DNA of 64,000 nt, taken from contig CBDDLR010000001.1 of assembly GCA_965230765.1 (NCBI GenBank), forward strand, positions 2,696,515-2,760,514, written 5' to 3'. Shown here piece by piece: positions 9,679 through 18,624 of this stretch. Both the position numbers and the translations under genes were made by a program. The stretch's first letter is position 1; each line of letters opens with the position of its first letter. The notes beneath the pieces were generated by a model. That model did no database searches, was not told the DNA's origin, and saw nothing but the letters and a program-made list of their open reading frames with translations. The DNA is from Sunxiuqinia sp. (lineage in GTDB: Bacteria; Bacteroidota; Bacteroidia; Bacteroidales; Prolixibacteraceae).

Positions 9679-10868
9679 AATAAATTGGTAAGTTGAACAA
9701 CAATAATGCTAATGACAAAAGTGATCAATCCAAACATAAACGTATTGTAGGCAGTACGAATACGGTTGTATTTTGTTGCCAGCACTACGCCCAGGCTATA
9801 TTGATCCCTGATCATGGTGTTGTAGAGCCCGTCGTAATCTTTCATTACTTCCTTTAGTGCCCATTCGTATTCTTCGTATTTCATTCCATAAAAATTGCCA
9901 AAAAACATCAGGTTCACTTTTTTATTCCTGATGTCTTCTTTCGTGAATTTTCCTTTTGATAGTTTTGGACGGGTTGCCAGTATGGCAAAAATAATGGTTA
10001 CAAGTGAAGTTGATAAAATGATTAACATGGGCACAAGCATGCTCGGATTTTGGGCAATAATTCGTTGCACAAATGAAGCAAGAACTGAAATGATAATTGA
10101 ATTAACAGTGATAAGGATGTTTGCTTTGTTATCTGCAATTGAACTCAGGTTGATCTGGCTTCTGGCGGTATTCCTAAACATGGATTCAATGCCTCGCTCG
10201 GGCGAGTGCTGCTTAGCAAGCTTTTGCTCCAGTTTCGCAATCTTTTTTTGTTGCGTTTCAATAATCTTCTTGCTGTTGTCTTTCGTATTGGCCATGCTTT
10301 TTATTGCCTCGTAGTTTTGGCTTTTGCCAGGGGTGAATTCATTTTTTGCATAATCAGTAAAATAATCTTGATCTTCCATAAACGATAGGGTTTTTTTACA
10401 AAAGAATTTCTTCTTGACATCGACCTTATTAATTGCTGATATCTCCTGGCGTAGGTTTTCGCTTTTTACTAAAAAATCATTATTGCGCATATGCGCCATG
10501 TCAGCATCACACAAAACTTTCGAAAGTTCATCGGTCGGTTTTTGTGGGAACCGGGTGGCTTCAATACAGTTTTCAACCTTTTTTATTTTTTCTTCCGGAT
10601 AGGAATGCTTTTCCAGAAATTCACGGGCTAATTTTTGGCTGTGAGCTTCATGATCGGTGTAATTTAACGAGTAACCAGCATCATGGAACCAGGCTGCAAT
10701 CAACACAATTTCTATATCTTCTTCCGATAATTGCAAGTTTGATGCGATTTCCCTGCTTATTTCAACAACTTCTGAAGTGTGGTTAAGGTTGTGGTATTTA
10801 TATACTTCTGGATCGATTTTCGTTAAGATTCCTTCAACCTCTGCTTTCGCTTGCTCTATTATAGACAT
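9675..10868 (-). CDS. HD-domain phosphohydrolase fused to Pycsar-effector-type (PycTM/DUF5706) membrane domain
   Basis: YHNLNHT...AAWFHDAG...LCDAD (HD); RGIESMFR...LSSIADNKANILITVNSIIIS plus three TM helices. Confidence 0.8.
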   Translation of the reverse strand: MSIIEQAKAEVEGILTKIDPEVYKYHNLNHTSEVVEISREIASNLQLSEEDIEIVLIAAWFHDAGYSLNYTDHEAHSQKLAREFLEKHSYPEEKIKKVENCIEATRFPQKPTDELSKVLCDADMAHMRNNDFLVKSENLRQEISAINKVDVKKKFFCKKTLSFMEDQDYFTDYAKNEFTPGKSQNYEAIKSMANTKDNSKKIIETQQKKIAKLEQKLAKQHSPERGIESMFRNTARSQINLSSIADNKANILITVNSIIISVLASFVQRIIAQNPSMLVPMLIILSTSLVTIIFAILATRPKLSKGKFTKEDIRNKKVNLMFFGNFYGMKYEEYEWALKEVMKDYDGLYNTMIRDQYSLGVVLATKYNRIRTAYNTFMFGLITFVISIIVVQLTNLL

Positions 10869-11214
10869 GTACCTGATTTTATAATGACACTAAATTAGTA
10901 AAATTTGACAATGCAAGTAACGTTACAGCACCTTATTTGATTATTCAACAAACGGATTTTTCACATAAATTAACTGTTCTGTACATCAAATAACAGTTTT
11001 ATAAAAAAAATGATCGATTTGTTCGAATATTTCTGGTTTTTATGCGGCTTTATGATTGGGTAGAAACAATGATAAATGTCACAAAGGGTTGTAACATTCA
11101 GAAAATCAATGGAAAGAAGTAGGTAAAAAAAGCAACACTATTTGTAATCAGTATAAATAAGATAAGATGTTCTATAAATGATGTGCTTAGGCAATTGATT
11201 TTTCAAAACATATT

Positions 11215-11222
11215 TAGTTTTG
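11215..11222 (+). promoter_or_regulatory. Bacteroidota sigma-A -7 element of the rseC-rnf operon
   Basis: TAGTTTTG matches TAnnTTTG, 28 nt before the ATG at 11251. Confidence 0.55.
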
Positions 11223-11250
11223 CAGCAAAACAAAGCTTTTTAGGAATAAA

Positions 11251-11670
11251 ATGCCTGAAGATATTTCACACAAAGGAGTTATTAAGGAGCTTTCAGACAA
11301 TAAGATAATAGTAGGCATTATTAATGAATCTGCATGTGCCTCTTGTCATGCCAAAGGGGTTTGTACGGTAGCAGATATGAAGGATAAAGAAGTAGAAATT
11401 AGACATTTCGAGGGTGATTTCCGCATAGGGCAGCAAGTCCTTGTAGTCGGGAAAACATCACAAGGTTTTAAGGCCTTATTTTACGGCTACCTACTACCTT
11501 TCTTATTGCTTATGGCTGTTTTGATCGTTTCATTATCTGTTACAGAAAATGAAGGGTTGAGCGGTTTGTTGGCTTTGGGTGTAACCATACCTTATTACTT
11601 CACCATTTATTTATTCCGAGATAGACTCAAAAAGCATTTTGAATTTGAAATTAAGGCGATTCAATCATGA
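11251..11670 (+). CDS. rseC: SoxR-reducing system RseC family protein
   Basis: SACASCHAKGVC, YLLPFLLL, two TM helices; first gene of the rnf operon. Confidence 0.85.
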   Translation: MPEDISHKGVIKELSDNKIIVGIINESACASCHAKGVCTVADMKDKEVEIRHFEGDFRIGQQVLVVGKTSQGFKALFYGYLLPFLLLMAVLIVSLSVTENEGLSGLLALGVTIPYYFTIYLFRDRLKKHFEFEIKAIQS

Positions 11671-12593
11671 GTATGACCATTGTTTACACGATGATTGCTT
11701 TGAGCGCAATAGGGGCACTGGCTGCAGTGATCCTTTATTTTGTTGCTCAGAAGTTTAAAGTATATGAAGATCCAAGGATCGATGAAGTAGAAAGTGCCCT
11801 GCCGGGAGCAAACTGTGGTGGCTGTGGCTATGCCGGATGTCGAGCATTTGCTGAAGCTTGCGTTAAAGAAAATGACTTGACTGCATTGTTCTGCCCGGTG
11901 GGTGGTAATGATTGTATGACAGATGTCGCAGGTGTCTTGGGACTGGAAGCAGTAGCCCAGGATCCACGTGTTGCTATTGTGCGGTGCAACGGTTCGTGCG
12001 ATCACCGTCCAAAAACCAATCAGTTTGATGGTGCATCATCCTGTGCTGTAGCTTCTTCGTTGTACAGTGGCGATACCGGTTGCCAATATGGCTGTTTAAG
12101 TCATGGGGACTGTGTTGCAGCATGTGATTTCGATGCCATTCACATGAATCCTGAAACTGGTCTTCCGGAAGTGGTTGACGACAAGTGTGTAGCTTGTGGT
12201 GCATGTGTGGATGCTTGTCCAAAAGGATTGATTGAGCTTCGGAAGAAAGCAAAAAAAGACCGAAAAATTTATGTTTCGTGCCGAAATGAAGATAAAGGTG
12301 GAATAGCGAAAAAAGCTTGCTCCGTTGCATGTATCGGTTGCAGCAAGTGTTTCAAGGTATGTCCATTCGATGCAATTTCCATGAACAACAATCTGGCATT
12401 TATTGATTCAGATAAGTGTAAGTTGTGCAGGAAATGTGTTGTTGAATGCCCGACGAATGCTATTGTTGAACTGAACTTTCCACCACGAAAGGTAAAAGTT
12501 GAGGAAGCAGCAAAAGCAAAAAGCGCAAAGCCAGATGCTTCTACAATTAAAGCAGCTCAAGCGAAAGAATCTGATAATTCAGTTAATAAATAA
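11667..12593 (+). CDS. rnfB: Rnf electron transport complex subunit B
   Basis: N-terminal TM, LPGANCGGCGYAGC, several 4Fe-4S CxxCxxCxxxCP motifs. Confidence 0.93.
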   Translation: MSMTIVYTMIALSAIGALAAVILYFVAQKFKVYEDPRIDEVESALPGANCGGCGYAGCRAFAEACVKENDLTALFCPVGGNDCMTDVAGVLGLEAVAQDPRVAIVRCNGSCDHRPKTNQFDGASSCAVASSLYSGDTGCQYGCLSHGDCVAACDFDAIHMNPETGLPEVVDDKCVACGACVDACPKGLIELRKKAKKDRKIYVSCRNEDKGGIAKKACSVACIGCSKCFKVCPFDAISMNNNLAFIDSDKCKLCRKCVVECPTNAIVELNFPPRKVKVEEAAKAKSAKPDASTIKAAQAKESDNSVNK

Positions 12594-12605
12594 AGGAGGC
12601 CAGTC

Positions 12606-13937
12606 GTGTTAAAAACGTTTAAACTTGGAGGGGTTCATCCACCAGAAAATAAGCTTTCAGCTGATAAGGCAATTGAAACGCTGGAATTACCTGAACGTGT
12701 TTTTATCCCAGTAGCCCAACATATTGGAGCACCAGCACAAGCCCTGGTTAAAAAAGGCGATTCTGTAAAAGCAGGACAACTGATTGCAAAGTCTGGAGGT
12801 TTTGTTTCAGCCAACATTCATTCATCTGTATCCGGGAAAGTAACCAAAGTAGATTTGTCGCCAGACAGCTCTGGTTATCCAAAGCAAGGGATTTTTATTG
12901 CTGTTGAGGGTGATGATTGGGTAGAAGGAATTGATTTAAGTCCTGAGTTAAAAACAGAATTTGAAGCGGATAGCAAAAAAATTATTGACAAAATTAACGA
13001 AGCCGGTATCGTGGGGCTTGGGGGCGCAACTTTCCCAACACATGTAAAATTAATTCCACCACAGGGGTTAACGGCTGAAATGCTTATCATTAATGGCGTT
13101 GAGTGTGAACCTTATTTAACTTCAGATCATAGGGTAATGCTTGAAAAAGCCGATGAAATATTGGTAGGCGTGAAATTGTTGATGACTGCCCTGAAGGTTG
13201 ATCAAGCTTATATTGGAATTGAAAACAATAAAAAAGACGCGATACAGCATTTGTCCCAGTTGGTAAATGGAAATGAAAAGATATCTGTAGTCCCATTGAA
13301 AGTTAAGTATCCTCAAGGAGGGGAGAAACAACTTATTAAGGCAGTAACAGGCCGAGAAGTTGCATCCGGTGCGTTACCAATATCTGTTGGGGCAGTGGTA
13401 AGCAATGTTGGAACAGCATTGGCTGTATATGAAGCGGTTCAAAAGAATAAACCCTTGGTTGAACGGGTGGTAACACTTACCGGAAAATCGGTTGAGAAGC
13501 CATCAAACTTTATGGTTCGTGTTGGAACACCCGTAAAAAATCTTGTTGAAGCTGCGGGAGGTTTGCCTGAAGATACCGGGAAGATAATTAGCGGTGGCCC
13601 GATGATGGGAAAAGCCGTTGCTACCATGGAAGTACCTGTAACTAAAGGTACATCGGGTGTTTTAATTATGCCTGAAAAAGAAGCCTCACGTGAGAAGTTG
13701 CAGAACTGTATTCGTTGCTCACGTTGTGTAAGTGTTTGCCCAATGGGATTGGAACCTTATTTCCTGATGACAGTATCTGATAAACAGATTTGGGAAAAAG
13801 CTGAACACAACCATATAATGGATTGCATCGAGTGTGGTTCATGCAGTTATACTTGTCCGGCTGACAGGCCATTGCTTGACTATATACGACTTGGGAAAGG
13901 CAAAGTTGGTCAAATAATGCGTTCCAGAAAGAAATAA
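12606..13937 (+). CDS. rnfC: Rnf electron transport complex subunit C
   Basis: GIVGLGGATFPTHVK, INGVECEPYLTSD, YPQGGEKQL, CIRCSRC/CIECGSC. Confidence 0.96.
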   Translation: MLKTFKLGGVHPPENKLSADKAIETLELPERVFIPVAQHIGAPAQALVKKGDSVKAGQLIAKSGGFVSANIHSSVSGKVTKVDLSPDSSGYPKQGIFIAVEGDDWVEGIDLSPELKTEFEADSKKIIDKINEAGIVGLGGATFPTHVKLIPPQGLTAEMLIINGVECEPYLTSDHRVMLEKADEILVGVKLLMTALKVDQAYIGIENNKKDAIQHLSQLVNGNEKISVVPLKVKYPQGGEKQLIKAVTGREVASGALPISVGAVVSNVGTALAVYEAVQKNKPLVERVVTLTGKSVEKPSNFMVRVGTPVKNLVEAAGGLPEDTGKIISGGPMMGKAVATMEVPVTKGTSGVLIMPEKEASREKLQNCIRCSRCVSVCPMGLEPYFLMTVSDKQIWEKAEHNHIMDCIECGSCSYTCPADRPLLDYIRLGKGKVGQIMRSRKK

Positions 13938-13939
13938 AA

Positions 13940-14009
13940 AGCTGGGAGAGGGGAGTCAGAAGCTTGAAGAATCAAAATAATTTCCAGCTTCTAACTTCCA
14001 GCTTCCAAC
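13940..14009. repeat. Short intergenic heptamer-periodic imperfect inverted repeat (REP-like)
   Basis: AGCTGGGAG...GAAGCTTGAAG then TTCCAGC TTCTAAC TTCCAGC TTCCAAC between rnfC and rnfD. Confidence 0.4.
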
Positions 14010-14035
14010 CAAAATATTAAAAGATATTTTATAAA

Positions 14036-15016
14036 ATGAGTAAACTTCTAACCATATCCCCTTCACCGCATGTGCATACCAGCGATTCGGTGAATAAAAT
14101 AATGTACAGGGTTATATTTGCCCTTGTTCCGGCCTTGGTGTGGTCGGTTTTTATGTTTGGGCTGGAGGCTGTTCGTGTTACGCTCATTGCAGTTGCGGCG
14201 TGCATGGCTTTTGAGTACCTGATTCAAAAATTCATTTTAAAAGAAATTCCAAAGATTACCGATGGTTCAGCTGCCCTGACAGGTATTTTGCTTGCATTTA
14301 ATGTACCTGCATCTTTGCCAACATGGATGATTGTTGCAGGAGCACTGGTTGCCATTGGGGTTGGAAAATTGTCATTCGGTGGGCTCGGGAACAATCCGTT
14401 CAACCCTGCTTTGGTGGGACGTGTATTCCTGTTGATTTCTTTTCCGGTTGACATGACTTTATGGCCTGCTACACGCCATGTAGTTGATGCAACAACTTCT
14501 GCAACACCCTTAGCATTGTTAAAAGAAGGGGTGAAGAATGGAAAACCAATCGTGGATTTAATGCCTGAGCTACCAACAAATATGGATTTGTTTTTTGGAA
14601 ACATGTCCGGCTCATTGGGAGAAATATCAGCTGTATTTCTTCTGCTTGGATTTGGGTACATGCTATGGAAAAAGGTGATTACCTGGCACATCCCGGTGTT
14701 TGTTCTTGGAACCATATTCCTTTTCCAGGGTGGACTTTGGTTAATCAATCCAGAAAAATACATTGAACCTGTTTTTCACCTGCTAACTGGTGGGGCAATG
14801 CTGGGTGCTATTTTTATGGCTACCGATATGGTAACTTCACCAATGACCCATAAAGGTCAATTTTACTATGCAACAGGAATTGGGGTCATCACAGTATTAA
14901 TTCGGAACTTTGGAGCATACCCAGAGGGAATCTCTTTTGCAATACTGATTATGAATGGTTTTACTCCATTATTCAATGCATATATAAAACCTAAACGATT
15001 TGGAGGGAATAACTAA
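14036..15016 (+). CDS. rnfD: Rnf electron transport complex subunit D
   Basis: SPSPHVH, GGLGNNPFNPALVGR, ATTSATPL (FMN-Thr), FMATDMVTSP. Confidence 0.95.
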   Translation: MSKLLTISPSPHVHTSDSVNKIMYRVIFALVPALVWSVFMFGLEAVRVTLIAVAACMAFEYLIQKFILKEIPKITDGSAALTGILLAFNVPASLPTWMIVAGALVAIGVGKLSFGGLGNNPFNPALVGRVFLLISFPVDMTLWPATRHVVDATTSATPLALLKEGVKNGKPIVDLMPELPTNMDLFFGNMSGSLGEISAVFLLLGFGYMLWKKVITWHIPVFVLGTIFLFQGGLWLINPEKYIEPVFHLLTGGAMLGAIFMATDMVTSPMTHKGQFYYATGIGVITVLIRNFGAYPEGISFAILIMNGFTPLFNAYIKPKRFGGNN

Positions 15017-15657
15017 TGGCTCAAAAAGAATCTTCATTTCTGAATATGGTTTTAACCCTGACTGTGGTTACGCTGGTTGCAGCAACGGTTTTGGGTTTTG
15101 TACACGACGTAACTAAAGCAGATATCCAACTGGCAAAAGATATGGCACAGAAAAGTGCTATTGAGAGCGTATTGCCACCCTTTGAAACACTGGGCGAATC
15201 ATGGAAATCACTTCCTGTAGATGGTGCTGACAGCCTGGAGTTTTTTCCGGCTTATGATGCTGACCAAAAGTTGATTGGAATTGCAATAAAAACTTACACA
15301 AAGAATGGCTTTAGCGGTTTAATTACTGTAATGGCTGGTATTGCTGCCGATGGAACGATTTCCGGCTATGAAGTGTTGGAACATAAAGAAACTCCGGGAC
15401 TTGGTTCAAAAATGGATACCTGGTTCAACAATAAAGAAAAACCTACTCAAAATATTATTGGCAAAAGTCCTGAGAAATCAAATCTTCAGGTTACAAAAGA
15501 TGGTGGAGAAGTTGATGCAATAACTGCTTCAACAATTACTTCAAGGGCTTTTCTTGAGGCGATCAACCGAGCTTATAACACTTACAAAGAAGCGAAGCAG
15601 CATATGGATGGTGCTTCTGCAATGAAAAGCGAAAAAATGGAAGGAGGCGAATCATGA
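15016..15657 (+). CDS. rnfG: Rnf electron transport complex subunit G
   Basis: [23 protein letters not shown] (FMN-binding motif). Confidence 0.93.
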   Translation: MAQKESSFLNMVLTLTVVTLVAATVLGFVHDVTKADIQLAKDMAQKSAIESVLPPFETLGESWKSLPVDGADSLEFFPAYDADQKLIGIAIKTYTKNGFSGLITVMAGIAADGTISGYEVLEHKETPGLGSKMDTWFNNKEKPTQNIIGKSPEKSNLQVTKDGGEVDAITASTITSRAFLEAINRAYNTYKEAKQHMDGASAMKSEKMEGGES

Positions 15658-16238
15658 AACAATGGGCTAATTTTTCAAAAGGATTTGTAAAGGAAAACCC
15701 TGTATTTGTGCTGTTGTTAGGTTTGTGCCCCACGCTGGGGGTTACTACATCAGCTATTAATGGTCTAGGGATGGGCTTAGCTACAACCTTTGTGTTGGTG
15801 ATGTCAAACCTGGTAGTTTCATTAATAAAAAGCCAGATTCCAAGTAAGGTGCGTATTCCGAGTTTTATTGTAATTATTGCTGCGTTTGTTACCGTTGTTG
15901 AATTAACCATGCAGGCTTATCTGCCATCCCTGTTTAAAAGCCTGGGCTTGTTTATTCCATTGATTGTGGTAAACTGCCTTGTGCTTGGACGTGCTGAAGC
16001 TTTTGCATCAAAAAATAATCTAATTTCATCGTTAATAGATGGTGCTGGTATGGGACTGGGTTTCTCTTTTGCTCTTACATTGCTGGGAGCTGCAAGGGAA
16101 TTTTTAGGTGCTGGTAAAATATTCGATATGGTGATATTCCCGGAAGATTATGGCATGTTGTTGTTTGTATTGCCTCCAGGTGCCTTTATTGTGCTAGGCT
16201 ACTTAATTGTGTTAATTAACCGAATGAACAAAGCTTAA
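15654..16238 (+). CDS. rnfE: Rnf electron transport complex subunit E
   Basis: [37 protein letters not shown]. Confidence 0.95.
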   Translation: MKQWANFSKGFVKENPVFVLLLGLCPTLGVTTSAINGLGMGLATTFVLVMSNLVVSLIKSQIPSKVRIPSFIVIIAAFVTVVELTMQAYLPSLFKSLGLFIPLIVVNCLVLGRAEAFASKNNLISSLIDGAGMGLGFSFALTLLGAAREFLGAGKIFDMVIFPEDYGMLLFVLPPGAFIVLGYLIVLINRMNKA

Positions 16239-16248
16239 ACGAATTACT

Positions 16249-16821
16249 ATGGAATATTTTGTAATTATAATAGCCGCCATATTTGTTAACAACATTGTAC
16301 TGAACCAATTTTTGGGTATTTGTCCATTCCTTGGTGTTTCCAAAAAAATATCTACCGCAGTTGGGATGACAGGAGCTGTTACTTTTGTGATGGTCATTGC
16401 AACCATCGTGACTTACCTTATTCAGATGTTTATTCTGAACCCTTATGGGTTGGGATTTTTGCAAACCATCTTTTTTATTCTGGTAATTGCTTCGCTGGTT
16501 CAGTTGGTTGAAATTATATTGAAAAAAGTCAGTCCGGCGCTTTATCAGGCGTTGGGAGTGTTTCTTCCATTGATTACAACTAACTGTGCTATATTGGGTG
16601 TAGCCATCTTAACCATTCAAAAGGAGTACAGCTTGTTAGAGGGTGTGGTTTATGCAATTGCTAATGCGATTGGTTTTGGCCTGGCTTTAGTGCTGTTTGC
16701 TGGTTTGCGCGAACACTTAGACCTGGTTGAGGTACCTAAAGGATTAAAAGGAACACCAATTGCATTGATTGTTGCCGGTATTTTGGCAATGGCCTTTATG
16801 GGATTCTCCGGATTAGTATAG
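16249..16821 (+). CDS. rnfA: Rnf electron transport complex subunit A
   Basis: [30 protein letters not shown]. Confidence 0.95.
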   Translation: MEYFVIIIAAIFVNNIVLNQFLGICPFLGVSKKISTAVGMTGAVTFVMVIATIVTYLIQMFILNPYGLGFLQTIFFILVIASLVQLVEIILKKVSPALYQALGVFLPLITTNCAILGVAILTIQKEYSLLEGVVYAIANAIGFGLALVLFAGLREHLDLVEVPKGLKGTPIALIVAGILAMAFMGFSGLV

Positions 16822-16839
16822 TTTCGAACAATATATTGC

Positions 16840-16870
16840 AAAAAAGCTTCCCAGTTAGGGAAGCTTTTTT
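16840..16870. terminator. Bidirectional rho-independent terminator
   Basis: AAAAAAGCTTCCC-AGTTA-GGGAAGCTTTTTT between convergent rnfA and the FecR gene. Confidence 0.85.
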
Positions 16871-16955
16871 TATACGCACTCGTGATGGATTGACTTTCCA
16901 GATTTAACTGGATTTTGGTAATACAAAACTAATCGAACTCTTCTCTGTCAAATAT

Positions 16956-17837
16956 CTATGGGTTTTGGTTCTCCTCAATAATAAATTGTTCGCTTGTTTC
17001 ATCAAAGCTATACTTCAAAGCAAGCGGTTCGCAAAGCATTTTAAGCGCTTCTTTGCAATCTGATGCATAGATATGACCAGAAAAATGCTTTTGCAAGGTT
17101 GTGTCTTTCAGTTCTATTTTAATGTTAAAAAAATACTCAATTTCTTCTGCTACAACTTTAATATTAACCTGTGAAAAATGTTGGTTAAACATGGCTATGT
17201 CCGGGTAATCTTCAGTTGTTTGTTTCTTTACTTCAATTTTCTCCCCTTTTAGTACTATTGCACTTCCGGCATCAATGTGCTGTTCATTACTTTTTGTTTT
17301 AAACTTGATTTTACCTTCAAAACATTCAATCAGTAACCCATCGTTGGTTTCTTCAATGTTAAAGCGTGTACCTAAAACTTTAACTTTCCCGTATTTTGTT
17401 TTTACTGTAAAGTTTTCACCTTTTTCAACTTCAAAATATGCATTCCCATTTAATGAAACTTCATGCTTCCACCAATAACGCGGGTATGAGAAACTACTTT
17501 CAAAATCAAGTACTATACGGCTATTGTCTGGTAGTGTGTATGAGCTGGAGATAAGATCTTTGCTGGAAATTTTTATAGTAGACATAAAAAAATGAAGAAG
17601 GAAAAGAAGCAAGAGAGAAGCTGCGGTTGATATTGCGATTCGATAAACAGGACTTAAAAAAAATATTTTGCTCTGCTCTTGCCCTTTGGTATTTCCTTCT
17701 TCAATTTTAGTTAAGATCTTTTCAAGAATTTCTTTTTTGTCAGAACCGGCAGGAACTTCATAACCTCTCATCGTTTCCCTAATCTTTCTATCAAATTCTT
17801 GGACAACGGATTCTGCCGGTTTCTTCAATTTATTCAT
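16956..17837 (-). CDS. FecR-family anti-sigma factor
   Basis: TM then LPDNSRIVL, LNGNAYFEVEK, VLGTRFN; probable start MNKLKK at 17837 (track start 17888). Confidence 0.85.
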   Translation of the reverse strand: MNKLKKPAESVVQEFDRKIRETMRGYEVPAGSDKKEILEKILTKIEEGNTKGQEQSKIFFLSPVYRIAISTAASLLLLFLLHFFMSTIKISSKDLISSSYTLPDNSRIVLDFESSFSYPRYWWKHEVSLNGNAYFEVEKGENFTVKTKYGKVKVLGTRFNIEETNDGLLIECFEGKIKFKTKSNEQHIDAGSAIVLKGEKIEVKKQTTEDYPDIAMFNQHFSQVNIKVVAEEIEYFFNIKIELKDTTLQKHFSGHIYASDCKEALKMLCEPLALKYSFDETSEQFIIEENQNP

Positions 17838-17935
17838 AATTCTTGTTGAACTTCTCTTCAATATCCATTTTCTACATGATATATCCATACCAATAGAAAT
17901 ACCCTACCAGAACATAAGAAAATATTGTGAAAATT

Positions 17936-18445
17936 TTAAAGTCGCCTGTCAAGCGATTCCTGAAGCATTCGAATCGCTTTGGTCATTTGCTTTTCAATAG
18001 CTTTTACCGAAACATCGAGTTCATCAGCTATTTGTCTATAGCTCTTGTCATCCAGACGGTTCATCAGAAAAATAACTCGAGTGCGTTCTGGAAGGCTGGA
18101 AATGGCAGTCTGAACTTTCTTATCGTATTCTTTAACTTCAATCAGATAGTCGGGAGATTTATAATCGCTGTTGTCACTTCCAATTAAAGAGTTATTGAAT
18201 TTTAAATCGACTGACTTTCGGCGGTGGTGTTTGAAATAACGATTGCGGGCAATTGTGAGGAGGTATGCCCTTAATGTGTTCTCACGCAGTTTATCCTTGT
18301 TTTCCCACAATGATAAAAAAACATCCTGCCCAAGGTCTTCTGATAGTTTCATGTCCCCCGACAGATAAAAAAGATAGTTTCTAACCGCATCAAAATGTTG
18401 GTCAAAAATACCTTCGAACCAATTTTTATCTTTTAAGTCCGTCAT
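17936..18445 (-). CDS. ECF RNA polymerase sigma-70 factor
   Basis: EDLGQDVFLSLW, LPERTRVIFLMNR, SYRQIADELDVSVKAIEKQM. Confidence 0.92.
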   Translation of the reverse strand: MTDLKDKNWFEGIFDQHFDAVRNYLFYLSGDMKLSEDLGQDVFLSLWENKDKLRENTLRAYLLTIARNRYFKHHRRKSVDLKFNNSLIGSDNSDYKSPDYLIEVKEYDKKVQTAISSLPERTRVIFLMNRLDDKSYRQIADELDVSVKAIEKQMTKAIRMLQESLDRRL

Positions 18446-18624
18446 CCAGCACCAAAAATAATTGATATTTACCTATTTCAAACAGAAATATCGAAGTAAT
18501 TCCACTTTTCTGTATAATTAAACCAATTCTCTACATACTAATCCGCCAAATCGCCAAAAGGTTCCTGGTTTTAGCTCAGTTTATATTCAACAAATGTTTA
18601 CAGAAAAGGTTAGATGTTTATAAG

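Noticed and set aside
9675-10868. Complete Pycsar system
   Set aside because: Only an effector-like domain fused to HD is present; no PycC cyclase is nearby.
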